Assembly: GCA_963748315.1 (NCBI GenBank)
Contig: CAVVIK010000003.1
Coordinates: 4,996-68,995, forward strand
DNA: 64,000 bases
Source of the DNA: an uncultured Thermoleophilaceae bacterium
Lineage (GTDB): Bacteria; Actinomycetota; Thermoleophilia; Solirubrobacterales; Thermoleophilaceae
Direction of reading: 5' to 3'
Shown here one piece after another: positions 35,449 to 44,262 of this stretch (the stretch's first letter is position 1; each line of letters opens with the position of its first letter). A program made the translations under genes and the position numbers. The notes below the pieces were generated by a model that made no database searches, was not told the origin of the DNA, and saw nothing but the letters and a program-made list of their open reading frames with translations.

Positions 35449-36822
35449 ATGCAGGCTGTGCTTGTCCTGTTCGTGCTTGCCGTGGTCGGTTCCACGGCCT
35501 GGCTAGCGCTGGACGCGTCCAAGCGCGACTGGACCGACAACAGCTTTGCCAAGAACGTCCCTTCGTGGGCGATCGGCTCGCTGCTGCTCTGGCCGATCGT
35601 CTTCCCGATGTACGTGTTCTCGCACCGGAAGAACGCGCCGCTGCTCGCGAAGCCGGAGGCTGCTCCAGCCGCTGCGATGGCCGCGGCCGGCCCGTCCGAG
35701 CAGTACGGCCCATCGATCGACGAGATCGAGCAGGAGCCGGCCGTCGAGATCGTCGAGCCGGAGCCGGTCGTGCAGGTGGAGCCTGAGCCGGTCGTGGACG
35801 TCGCCCCGCCGGAACCTGTGGTCGACGTCGTCCCCCCGGAGCCAGTCGTCGACGTCGTCCCGCCCGAGCCCACCGTCGAGGTGGAGCCCGAGCCCGTCGT
35901 CGAGATCAGCCAGCCCGAACCGGTCGTCGATGTTGTTCCCCCTGAGCCCGTCGTCGACGTCGTCCCCCCGGAACCCGTCGTCGACGTCGTCCCGCCCGAG
36001 CCCACCGTCGAGGTGGAGCCCGAGCCGGTCCTCGAGATCAGCGAGCCCGAGCCGGTCGCATTCCAGCCTGAGCCTGAGCCTGACCCCGTCGCCCCGGAGC
36101 CTGAGCCAGTCGTTCCGGACTCCGAGCCGGCGCCGATGATCGACGCGGGGCCCGAGGCGGACTCCGTGCTCGAGATCTCCTACCCCATGCCCGACGACGC
36201 ACCCCCCGGCCTCTCCGTAGACGCCTTCAAGGACATCAAGCCGGTCGCCTTCGGCGGCATCGTGGTCGAGGAGACCGAGCGCGCGCCGGAGCCCGCCCCC
36301 GAGCCCGAGATCGAGGCGCAGCCCGAGCCGGTGGTCGATGTCCATCCGGAGCCGATCGTCGAGGAAGCCCCCGCCCCCGACTTCGAGCCGCTCACCTACC
36401 CGGGCGTCGAGGACGTCCCGCCGCTCGCGCCCGAGTTCGAAGCTGAGCCGGCCATCGAGCCCGAGCCGGCGATGGCGCCGGCCGTCGCCGAGCCCGTGGT
36501 CGAGGAAACAGTGGCCGACGAGCCCAAGCCGAAGAAGCGGGGCTTCCGGATCCCGAACCCCGAGCTCAAGCTTCCGAGCTTCGGCAAGAAGAAGGCCAAG
36601 GCGGATGCCCCGGCCGAGCCGAAGTCGAAGGGCGGCCTGAAGCTCCCGCAGATCACCCTGCCGCCCAACCTGCAGGGCCCTCTGAGCGACCTCGAGCGCA
36701 AGATCGCCCTCGGCTCGATCCTGGCGATCGTGGCCGCCGGCGCGTTCGGGTATTCGACCGCGCCCTCGGACGACGCGGGCGCTCCCCCGCCGACTCCCAC
36801 TCCCGCGGCCGCCTCGCGCTAG
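35449..36822 (+). CDS. membrane protein with long PEPVV-type tandem-repeat region and C-terminal TM
   Basis: ATG 35449 is in frame with ORF 34702-36822. The N-terminus has 2 TM (MQAVLVLFVLAVVGSTAWLAL, WAIGSLLLWPIVFPMYVF). The repeats are PEPVVDVVP, PEPTVEVE and PEPVVEIS. The C-terminal TM is LGSILAIVAAGAFGY. Confidence 0.65.
   Translation: MQAVLVLFVLAVVGSTAWLALDASKRDWTDNSFAKNVPSWAIGSLLLWPIVFPMYVFSHRKNAPLLAKPEAAPAAAMAAAGPSEQYGPSIDEIEQEPAVEIVEPEPVVQVEPEPVVDVAPPEPVVDVVPPEPVVDVVPPEPTVEVEPEPVVEISQPEPVVDVVPPEPVVDVVPPEPVVDVVPPEPTVEVEPEPVLEISEPEPVAFQPEPEPDPVAPEPEPVVPDSEPAPMIDAGPEADSVLEISYPMPDDAPPGLSVDAFKDIKPVAFGGIVVEETERAPEPAPEPEIEAQPEPVVDVHPEPIVEEAPAPDFEPLTYPGVEDVPPLAPEFEAEPAIEPEPAMAPAVAEPVVEETVADEPKPKKRGFRIPNPELKLPSFGKKKAKADAPAEPKSKGGLKLPQITLPPNLQGPLSDLERKIALGSILAIVAAGAFGYSTAPSDDAGAPPPTPTPAAASR
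35809..36072 (+). repeat. in-frame tandem duplication, 2 x 132 nt, each built from 27-nt PEPVVDVVP-type subrepeats
   Basis: Copy 1 (35809-35940) and copy 2 (35941-36072) align base for base with a handful of differences. Related 27-nt units extend from ~35,755. Confidence 0.85.
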
Positions 36823-36888
36823 CGCTTGCCCGCGCCAGCAGGGGAAAATCCGCTTTGCGGACGCCGAAAGCTGCGCTAGATTCGCTCT

Positions 36889-37509
36889 ATGGACGCGCGC
36901 CGTACGGATGTGCTGAAGGCCTCTCCTCGCATGTTCGAGTCGGATCTCCTGGACCGCCTCTCGCGCGTGCATCCGGTCGTGCCTGTCCTGATCTTCCTGC
37001 CGGTGATCACCGTGCTGGCCGGAACGGCGGCCGAGCGCATGGGGCCGTTCGAGACGCTCGCATGGATCGGTGGCGGCTACGTCTTCTGGACGCTCACCGA
37101 GTACTGGCTGCACCGAGTGATCTTCCACTTCGAGCCGGAAGATGGGATCGGCGCGCGGCTCCACTGGATCATGCACGGCGTCCACCACGACCATCCGAAC
37201 GACCCGATGCGGCTCGTGATGCCGCCGTCGGTCAGCGTCCCCCTGTCGGCGCTGTTCTACCTCGGCTTCTACCTGGTGCTCGGCGACACCTACGCGCTCG
37301 CGTTCGGCGCCGGGTTCCTCGGCGGCTACCTCCTCTACGACATGACGCACTACCACGTGCATCACCACAAGCCGCGCACGCGCGCCGGCAAGCGCTTGCG
37401 CCAGCTGCACATGCGCCACCACTTCCAGGACGACACGCGCGGCTTCGGCGTGAGCGCGCCGTGGTGGGACCTCGTGTTCGGCACCGCTCCGCGGAACCGG
37501 CGCGGCTAA
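36889..37509 (+). CDS. fatty acid hydroxylase / sterol desaturase superfamily membrane protein
   Basis: The histidine boxes are HRVIFH, HGVHHDHP, HYHVHHH and HMRHHF. Several TM helices are present. Confidence 0.8.
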   Translation: MDARRTDVLKASPRMFESDLLDRLSRVHPVVPVLIFLPVITVLAGTAAERMGPFETLAWIGGGYVFWTLTEYWLHRVIFHFEPEDGIGARLHWIMHGVHHDHPNDPMRLVMPPSVSVPLSALFYLGFYLVLGDTYALAFGAGFLGGYLLYDMTHYHVHHHKPRTRAGKRLRQLHMRHHFQDDTRGFGVSAPWWDLVFGTAPRNRRG

Positions 37510-38159
37510 AGGCGCTCCACCGCCACTGAGCTGTCGACCTCCTCGACTATCCGCCAGTCGGGTAGGGCTCCGGGCCCGCGGAAGAGCGAGTCGACGACGA
37601 GCGTGGGTCCCGGCCCCGCATCGCCACCGCCAGGGTGACCGACACGCGCGTCGTGGAAGATGACGACGCCCCCGGTAACGACGTGCGGCGAGAACGCCTC
37701 CCAGTCGCTCCGGGCGCCTGCCTCGGAATGATCGCCGTCGATGAACAGCAGGTCGATCGGGTCGGACCATCCATCCGCCACCGCGGCCGAGCGCGCGATG
37801 TGCCATTCGACGTGCGGGCCTCCACGCTCGCGGGTGGCGCGCTCCATGACCCGCCGCGTGGCACGCTCGGTGCCCTTCCAACCGAACAGGAGCGCATTGC
37901 CCTCGTACGAGTCGATCAGGTGGAGCGTCGCGTCGGCATCCATCGCCCGCGCGAACACGACGGCCGACGACCCCTCGTACGTCCCGATCTCGACGACCGT
38001 TCGGCGCCCAGGGGCGAGCCGCGCGAGGAGGGCGGCCTCGGCATCCGAGTGCATCGGCCGCGGAGGGACGAGCCCGACCCGCAGCGCGAAGCCGCGGATC
38101 CGCTCGGAGTTCTTGATGCGCTCCGGGGTGGCATGGCGAACGGCAGCCGGAAGAGGCAC
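37506..38159 (-). CDS. class I SAM-dependent methyltransferase (Methyltransf_24 type)
   Basis: TVVEIGTYEGSSAVVFARAM and LLFIDGDHSEAGARSDWEAFSPHVVTGGVVIFHDA are present. Confidence 0.7.
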   Translation of the reverse strand: MPLPAAVRHATPERIKNSERIRGFALRVGLVPPRPMHSDAEAALLARLAPGRRTVVEIGTYEGSSAVVFARAMDADATLHLIDSYEGNALLFGWKGTERATRRVMERATRERGGPHVEWHIARSAAVADGWSDPIDLLFIDGDHSEAGARSDWEAFSPHVVTGGVVIFHDARVGHPGGGDAGPGPTLVVDSLFRGPGALPDWRIVEEVDSSVAVERL

Positions 38160-38230
38160 CGGCGCATTGTGACCGGAGGGCGGTCGCGCTGACCCGTCCC
38201 GTATCGCTCTCCCCGGCCGACCTCTCGGCC

Positions 38231-39673
38231 GTGCAGGCCGAGCAGGGCCCCGTCCACATGCACGTGGGCGGCGTCCTGATCCTGGACGGGCGCGTCCCGG
38301 CCGCCACCGTGATCCGGCGAATCGAGGAGCGGATCCACCTGATCCCGCACTACCGGATGCGGCTCGTCGAGAGCGCGCCGGGCGGGCTCGTCAATCCGGT
38401 GTGGGAGGACGACCCGAACTTCGACGCCGCAAACCACGTCGCGGCGGTGCCGTGGCCGGAGCCGGGCGGCGACGCGGAACTGTGCCGCATCGTCGGCGAG
38501 GCGATGTCGGAGCGCCTCGACCGCTCGCGGCCACTCTGGGAGATCCTCGTGGTCGACAGCCCGGAGCGCGGACAAACAGCGCTCGTCGTGAAGATGCACC
38601 ACGCGCTGGTCGACGGGATCGCCGCGATCGGGGTCGGCACGATCATCTTCGACCCGACCCCGGAGCCCCTCGACCTGCCGCCGCCGACGGGCGCACCGGA
38701 GCAGCGCCAGCGAATCTGGCTCGACGAGCTGTCGCGGCTGATGCCGCAACTGAGGGCGGAACGGCGGCTCGAGCTGATCGAGCCGCTGATACGCCGGGTG
38801 CCGGCCGACCTCGTGCCCGATCGCCGCGCGCTTCAGCGCGTGGCGACGGCCCAGCTCGACGTGCCTCGGCGGTTCGCACGCAGCGCGGTCGAGCGCGCCC
38901 GGTCACTCGACCCCCGTCAGGCACACAAGCGCGTCGGCGAGGGCGTGCAGTTGGTCCGCGATCTCGCACGCGTTCGCCCCGCGGCCCCGCCGACGCGACT
39001 CAACCAGGAGATCGGCCGCAACCGCCTGTTCGCCCTAGGCCGCGGGCGGCTCGACGACGTGAAGCGGGTCAAGACGGCCACCGGCGCGACGGTGAACGAC
39101 GTGCTGCTCACCGCGGTCGCGCTGATGCTGAGCGAGTACCTGGGCGAGGAGGCGCCCGAGCGCGCCGTTGCGCTCGTGCCCGTCTCGGTACGCACGGAGT
39201 CGCACACCGGCGAGCTTGGCAACCGCATCTCGACCGTCTTCGTCGATCTGCCCATGCGCGGCGAGCCGCTCGAACGGCTCGCGGCGATCTCAGCGGCGAT
39301 GCGGGACGTCAAGGACTCCGCGCAGGTCCGCGCCGGGTCGCTGATAGTGGGCGCGGCCGGACTCGCGCCGCCGATCGTGTCGGGACTCGCCGCGCGCGCG
39401 ATGAGCGCACCGCGGGTGTTCAACCTGGTCGTCTCGAACGTCCCGGGGCCGCAGCAGACGTTCTACCTCGACGGCGTCCCGCTGCGGGAGGTCTACCCGG
39501 CGGTGCCGCTCAACCCGCGCAACCAGGCGCTCAGCATCGGGATCCTGAGCTACGACGGCGGCGTGCACTTCGGCCTGCTGGCCGACCGCGGAGCGCTACC
39601 CGACGTGGCCGATGCGGCCGCTCAGCTCGAGGCGGCCGTCGCGCTGCTTGCGGCGGCGGCTCCGTCCGGCTGA
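38231..39673 (+). CDS. wax ester synthase / diacylglycerol acyltransferase (WS/DGAT) family protein
   Basis: The active-site motif is HHALVDGIAA. The conserved C-terminal region is NLVVSNVPGP. The family-typical N-terminus LSPADLSAVQAEQGPVHMHVGGVL extends upstream of GTG 38231. There only a CTG (38189) is in frame, so the true start is uncertain. Confidence 0.8.
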   Translation: MQAEQGPVHMHVGGVLILDGRVPAATVIRRIEERIHLIPHYRMRLVESAPGGLVNPVWEDDPNFDAANHVAAVPWPEPGGDAELCRIVGEAMSERLDRSRPLWEILVVDSPERGQTALVVKMHHALVDGIAAIGVGTIIFDPTPEPLDLPPPTGAPEQRQRIWLDELSRLMPQLRAERRLELIEPLIRRVPADLVPDRRALQRVATAQLDVPRRFARSAVERARSLDPRQAHKRVGEGVQLVRDLARVRPAAPPTRLNQEIGRNRLFALGRGRLDDVKRVKTATGATVNDVLLTAVALMLSEYLGEEAPERAVALVPVSVRTESHTGELGNRISTVFVDLPMRGEPLERLAAISAAMRDVKDSAQVRAGSLIVGAAGLAPPIVSGLAARAMSAPRVFNLVVSNVPGPQQTFYLDGVPLREVYPAVPLNPRNQALSIGILSYDGGVHFGLLADRGALPDVADAAAQLEAAVALLAAAAPSG

Positions 39674-40188
39674 CGACGCCGGGCAGTCAGCGGCGCGGCG
39701 AGGCAGAGAAGGAATCCGATCCCCGCCGCGATCGTGGCGCCGTTGTGGATCTTGTCCGCCAGGGAGGGCGCCTTCTCCATCACGTCGTAGCCGTTCGGCC
39801 CGAGGATGAGCGCCCAGTCGTTCTTGTCGTCGCCGAGCAGCTCGAGCGTGGGCTTGGGCGCGTCGGCCACGTAGAGCGAGACCTCGAGCGCGGATGCCGC
39901 CGCCCACACCAGCAAGACACCGGCGAGGACCCAGTCGCCGCGGCGCAGGAAGAAATAGATGGCGAGCATCGCCGGGATCGCGACCTGCGCAATCGGGCCG
40001 GCGAGCGAGTTGGTCAGGTCCGAGTTGGCGTACGTCAGCATGTGCCCCAGCTGGTGGAGCCCGGTGTTGACGTAGGTCAGGCCGGGGACCTTGTCTTCCT
40101 GTGCGAACGCGAGGACCCACATCGCGACGATGAGGCCGAGGCCGATTAGCCAGCGGGCCGGTGACCTGGTCGAAAAGCCCTTCCCCAT
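39622..40188 (-). CDS. hypothetical membrane protein
   Basis: The 188-aa ORF has 4-5 hydrophobic helices. Its 3' end overlaps the WS/DGAT 3' end by ~50 nt. Confidence 0.5.
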   Translation of the reverse strand: MGKGFSTRSPARWLIGLGLIVAMWVLAFAQEDKVPGLTYVNTGLHQLGHMLTYANSDLTNSLAGPIAQVAIPAMLAIYFFLRRGDWVLAGVLLVWAAASALEVSLYVADAPKPTLELLGDDKNDWALILGPNGYDVMEKAPSLADKIHNGATIAAGIGFLLCLAAPLTARRRQPDGAAAASSATAASS

Positions 40189-40266
40189 GGGGGAAATATC
40201 GGCGCGAAACGGCAGGCGACATTACGTTTGCCCACCCAGTTCTGGACGCTATGGTGATGCGGCCAC

Positions 40267-40350
40267 GCGGATGTGGCGGAATTGGCAGACGCGCGGCGTT
40301 CAGGTCGCCGTGGGGGCAACCCCGTGGAGGTTCGAGTCCTCTCATCCGCA
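40267..40350 (+). tRNA. tRNA-Leu (anticodon CAG)
   Basis: 84 nt. Acceptor GCGGATG/CATCCGC; anticodon arm CGGCG-TTCAGGT-CGCCG; long variable arm TGGGGGCAACCCCGTG; T arm GGAGG-TTCGAGT-CCTCT; discriminator A. Confidence 0.9.
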
Positions 40351-40355
40351 CTAAC

Positions 40356-41711
40356 TCAGAGCCCGTACTCCTCCAGGAAGTAGAGCCACAGCTCGCTCCG
40401 GGCGGGGAACGGCGGCACGGCGTGCGCGAGCTTCGTCAGCGGCACCTCCCCGACCACGGCGACGGTAGCCGCCTGGACGAATTCGGCGACCTCTGGCCCC
40501 ACGAACGTCACGCCGGCGAGGATTTGGCGGTCCTCGTCGACGATGAACCGCGTCGTCCCCTCGGCGCCGCGGCCGTAGAACGAGCCGCCTGCCGAGCCCT
40601 CCGTCGGGACGTCCACGTGCCTCACGTTCAGACCCTCCTTCTCGGCTGACGCGAGCGTGTGGCCGACGGCTGCGACCTGCGGGTCGGTGAAAACGACCCG
40701 CGGCGACCGGACGCCGTCGATCTCGATCCGCCCGTCGCCGCCCGCGATGTTGTCGGCGGCCAGGCGCGCGTGGTACTTGCCCATGTGCGTCAGCGGCGCG
40801 CGGCCGTTGACGTCGCCGATCGCGTACAGCCACGGGTGCTCGGGCACCTTGAGCGTGGAATCGGTGTCGACGTACTTGCCGGGCTCGAGGCCGACCGTGT
40901 CGAGGCCGACGTCCTCTGTGGGCGGCTTGCGGCCGACGACCACGAGCAGCTCGTCCGCCTCGGCGGTGTCACCGCCTGAGAGCGACACGACCACGCGCCC
41001 GTTCTCGCGCGCGACGCGCTCCGCCTTCACCTCGATCCGCAAATCCACCCCGGCCTCGGCGAGCGCCGCGGCAACCTGGTGCCCGGCGAAGGGCTCCTCG
41101 CGCGCGAGCACACAGTCGCCCGCCTCCAACACGACGACCTCGCTTCCGAGCGACCGCCACGCCTGCGCGAGTTCGACCCCCGCCACACCGCCGCCGAGCA
41201 CGACCAGCGAATCCGGGACCGTCTTCGATGTGGTGCCCTCCCGGTTGGTCCAGACGTCGACCTCGTCGATCCCTTCGATCGGCGGGATGTTCGCGAGACT
41301 GCCGGCCGCCAGGATCACGGCCTTCCGCGCCTCGAGCGTCTTGCCGTCCACCTCGACCTTGCGCTCGCCGGCGAGCCGCCCGCGCCCTCGCACGAGCGTG
41401 ATCCCGCGTTCCTCGAGCCACGGCAGCTGGCTCGAGTCGTCGAGGTCGTGCACCACCTCGTCGCGCCTGCGCAGGACCGCATCGGCTTCCGGCCCGGTGG
41501 CCGTGACGCCTGGGATCCTGCCCGCCTCCCGGACGATCTCCTGAGGTCTGAGCAGCGCCTTCGAGGGCATGCACGCGTAGAAGGAGCATTCGCCGCCGAC
41601 GAGGTGCTGCTCGACGAGCGCGACGTCCAGCCCGTGGCGCTTGGCGAGACGCCCCGCGGCGACTTCGCCCGCGGGTCCGGCGCCGATGACGATTACGTCG
41701 TGCGAGTCCGT
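40356..41711 (-). CDS. class I pyridine nucleotide-disulfide oxidoreductase (dihydrolipoyl dehydrogenase / mercuric reductase-like)
   Basis: The FAD Rossmann motif is HDVIVIGAGPAGEVAAGRLA. The redox disulfide is GGECSFYACMPSK. The NAD site is LVVLGGGVAGVELA, and the dimerisation region follows. The homologous N-terminus runs to just after the TAG at 41716-41718 with no ATG, GTG or TTG. The candidate first codon is ACG at 41709-41711. The first canonical start is the internal ATG at 41570. Confidence 0.8.
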   Translation of the reverse strand, partial: TDSHDVIVIGAGPAGEVAAGRLAKRHGLDVALVEQHLVGGECSFYACMPSKALLRPQEIVREAGRIPGVTATGPEADAVLRRRDEVVHDLDDSSQLPWLEERGITLVRGRGRLAGERKVEVDGKTLEARKAVILAAGSLANIPPIEGIDEVDVWTNREGTTSKTVPDSLVVLGGGVAGVELAQAWRSLGSEVVVLEAGDCVLAREEPFAGHQVAAALAEAGVDLRIEVKAERVARENGRVVVSLSGGDTAEADELLVVVGRKPPTEDVGLDTVGLEPGKYVDTDSTLKVPEHPWLYAIGDVNGRAPLTHMGKYHARLAADNIAGGDGRIEIDGVRSPRVVFTDPQVAAVGHTLASAEKEGLNVRHVDVPTEGSAGGSFYGRGAEGTTRFIVDEDRQILAGVTFVGPEVAEFVQAATVAVVGEVPLTKLAHAVPPFPARSELWLYFLEEYGL

Positions 41712-41715
41712 GCGG

Positions 41716-42126
41716 TCAGGCTACAGCGGCGGGCGCCGTGGATGCACGACTTTCGATCTTCTGGCGCGCTCTTCCGCCCAACGCTCCGAGCACGATCCCG
41801 AAGACGGTCGTGATCACGACCAGCAGGATCTCGGGCTCGGGCAGGTGCGCCTTCCGCTCGAGCCCGGTCACCGCGTGCGCGGCGAGGATGAACGTGCCGA
41901 AGAGGATGCCGCCCGTGAACCCGCGCGTCGCGCCCTCGCTCGCACCGATGTGCTCCTTGCCGGCCATGTAGCCGCCGCCGATGCCGAGGATCGACAGCAC
42001 GAGATAGACGATCTCCGAGACCCCCAGGAAGATCCCCGTGATCGCGCCGAACACCGACGGCACGACGAGCGCGAGGATCAGCTGTGTCTCTGGCGAGTGT
42101 GACTCGAGCAGGTCCGGCTGGCGCAT
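41716..42126 (-). CDS. hypothetical membrane protein
   Basis: The 136-aa ORF has four Gly-rich TM helices: LILALVVPSVFGAITGIFLGV, IVYLVLSILGIGGGYMAG, GFTGGILFGTFILAAHAV and ILLVVITTVFGIVLGALGG. Confidence 0.55.
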   Translation of the reverse strand: MRQPDLLESHSPETQLILALVVPSVFGAITGIFLGVSEIVYLVLSILGIGGGYMAGKEHIGASEGATRGFTGGILFGTFILAAHAVTGLERKAHLPEPEILLVVITTVFGIVLGALGGRARQKIESRASTAPAAVA

Positions 42127-42150
42127 CCCGGCGGGTATTCAATCACCGAA

Positions 42151-42912
42151 TCAGGGCTCGGGGCGGCAGGTCTCCTCGCCGTGGCTCAGCGCAGCGACGA
42201 TCGTGGCCACGTTGACCGTCATCGCGCCGAGGTAGGAGCCCGCCGGCATGCCCGGCATGTCGAGCGTGTCAGCCCAGAGCCTCCTCCCCACGTCCGCGCC
42301 CCGGCCATCGGGGCCGACGATCGACATCCCGTAGCGATCGTTGAAGTAGGCGAACCCGTCGTGCTGCGCGGCGAGCCTCCCGCGCGGGCGATCCAGCAGC
42401 GACATGCAGATCCGCGTGTCGCGGTGCAGCCGCCGGAGGCGGTCGAGGAAATCCGCCGTCGCGGCCTCGTAGTACCCGGCGCCTGGCACGTCGGTGCGCG
42501 CCAGCTCGTTTCGGATCTCCTTCGCCGCCCGCTCGACCCGGACCGGGTCCTGCCACCAATGCGGATCGCGCCCGAGGGGATCGACGAGCGGCAGCAGGCC
42601 GAGCTCGCGCTCGGGGTCTTCGGCGACCGCCCAGCGGTCGACCGCGCCGCCCGTCCACACGACGAGATCCGCGGTCCGCAGCGCCTGGCGCGCGTCCGCA
42701 TCGGGGCGCCATCCATGAGGGTCGACGCCGGGCGGGACGAGCGTGGTCACCCGAACTCGGCGCCCGCCCGCGTTGTGGACGATGTCCGCGACCGGCGCGA
42801 GGGTCGCGGCCACGTCGACCGTGCCCTCGCCGCGGCTCGCGCGGTCGCTGCCGCAGCCACCCAGGGGTGCGAGCGCGAGGGCGAGGCAGGCGAGAGCCGC
42901 GAGTCGTCTCAT
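42151..42912 (-). CDS. ZnuA/TroA-family metal-binding lipoprotein, unusually short
   Basis: The lipobox is LALALAPLGGCGS. Family motifs are VDPHGWRP, DPHWWQDP, HDGFAYFNDRYGM and the C-terminal LWADTL...SYLGAMTVNVATIVAAL. No ABC permease or ATPase lies nearby. Confidence 0.6.
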   Translation of the reverse strand: MRRLAALACLALALAPLGGCGSDRASRGEGTVDVAATLAPVADIVHNAGGRRVRVTTLVPPGVDPHGWRPDADARQALRTADLVVWTGGAVDRWAVAEDPERELGLLPLVDPLGRDPHWWQDPVRVERAAKEIRNELARTDVPGAGYYEAATADFLDRLRRLHRDTRICMSLLDRPRGRLAAQHDGFAYFNDRYGMSIVGPDGRGADVGRRLWADTLDMPGMPAGSYLGAMTVNVATIVAALSHGEETCRPEP

Positions 42913-42969
42913 CGCGACGATGATTCCAGCCCTCGTGCGGTCTTAGGCGTGCTCTAGCCTCTCGGACCT

Positions 42970-44262
42970 GTGAAGCCGAGTCTGGCCAAGCGCGGACCGA
43001 TGCGCCGACGGTTACGGATACTCCGGCGTCGCCGCGAGGCGATGTTGCTCGACCTCGGCGCGCTCGTGCTCGAGATGCACCGGCACGGCAGATTCCTTCC
43101 CGACAGCCTGCAGCGCCGCGCCGGCGAGGCGGTCGGGACGGACGCAGAACTGCGCGCGCTGTCGCGCTCGCTCGAGGCGGGCGACGGCAATCCCGACCTC
43201 GTCGCGGCCGGCGTGGCCGGCAACTGCGACCGCTGCGGCGCCCTCCACACGATCGGCTCCGCCTACTGCTCGCAGTGCGGCAATGAGCTCGCCGGCGGCG
43301 TGCTGCCGCGCAAGGCGGCGCTCGGCAGCGACCCGGAGCTCGTCGGCGGCGCCCCCGTACCGCGCCGCACGGTCACCGCCGCCGCCCCGGCGGCCGCCAC
43401 GGCGGAGGCCACAAAGGTGATCGAACCGGACGAGGCCGAGCCCGAGGAGACAGCGGACGCGGAAGCGGAGACGAAGGACGAGCAGCAGCCCTCCGCTCCG
43501 GAGCCCGCGGCCACCAACGGCGACTCCGCCGCTCTCCCCCCGATCTCACGCCGCGCCCGCGCGACGCGCGTGCGGCAGCGTCTCGACGAGCCCTCGCGCA
43601 GCCCACAGTCGCTGCCCACCGGACTGCTCGCGGGGATCGCGGGAGGCCTGATCGTGATCGTCGTGGGCATCCTCCTGCTCTCGGGCGGGGACGACGGAGG
43701 CGACGAGCCGAACCGTGCCGCGCAGGCGCCGGCGCAAGGCGAGCCCGAGCCGCCTCCGCCGGACGAGGCCGCGTCGCCGACAGGCGCCCCGAGCGACGAC
43801 CAGGGCGCGGCCCCTGCGGCGCTCGAGCCCGTCAGCGCCGTCACCGCGACGGCCTACGACCCGAGCGGCGACGACTCCGAGCACGACGAGGAGGCGCAGC
43901 TCGCGGTGGACGGCGACGCCGCCACCTCTTGGCCGACCGAGGAGTACGACACCGGCTCGTTCCAGAAGGACGGCGTCGGGCTCGTGCTCGGCCCCGCATC
44001 GCCGGTACCCGCGCGCGGGCTCGACATCCAGACCTCCACCCCCGGCTTCGACGTCACGATCTACGGCTCGGACAGCTCCGTCGTCCCGGACTCGGTCGAG
44101 TCCGGCTGGACTGAGATCGCGAGCGAGGACGCCGTCGACGGCAAGGGCCGGATCGACCTCGACTCGGCCGGCAGCGACTTCTCGAATTACCTGATCTGGA
44201 TCACGACCCTCCCCGGCAAGGAGAACAAGGTCGAGATCCAGGAAGCCCAGCTGCTGCGCTAG
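42970..44262 (+). CDS. zinc-ribbon membrane protein with C-terminal discoidin / galactose-binding-like domain
   Basis: The zinc ribbon is CDRCGALHTIGSAYCSQCGNEL. The TM is LLAGIAGGLIVIVVGILLL. A Pro/Ala/Glu linker follows. The C-terminus is AYDPSGDDSEHDEEAQLAVDGDAATSWPTEEY...NYLIWIT. Confidence 0.6.
   Translation: MKPSLAKRGPMRRRLRILRRRREAMLLDLGALVLEMHRHGRFLPDSLQRRAGEAVGTDAELRALSRSLEAGDGNPDLVAAGVAGNCDRCGALHTIGSAYCSQCGNELAGGVLPRKAALGSDPELVGGAPVPRRTVTAAAPAAATAEATKVIEPDEAEPEETADAEAETKDEQQPSAPEPAATNGDSAALPPISRRARATRVRQRLDEPSRSPQSLPTGLLAGIAGGLIVIVVGILLLSGGDDGGDEPNRAAQAPAQGEPEPPPPDEAASPTGAPSDDQGAAPAALEPVSAVTATAYDPSGDDSEHDEEAQLAVDGDAATSWPTEEYDTGSFQKDGVGLVLGPASPVPARGLDIQTSTPGFDVTIYGSDSSVVPDSVESGWTEIASEDAVDGKGRIDLDSAGSDFSNYLIWITTLPGKENKVEIQEAQLLR

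Noticed and set aside
35755-36072. Regular 27-nt repeats that could be mistaken for a CRISPR array
   Set aside because: The repeats are contiguous with no spacers. They are in frame and encode PEPVVDVVP-type peptide repeats inside a long ORF. No cas genes are present.
35503-38307. 934-aa minus-strand ORF, the longest in the window
   Set aside because: The translation is R/G/A/P/D-rich low complexity. It is antisense to four genes with clear motifs: the repeat membrane protein, the fatty-acid hydroxylase, and partly the methyltransferase and WS/DGAT. This is a typical stop-free antisense frame in very high-GC DNA.
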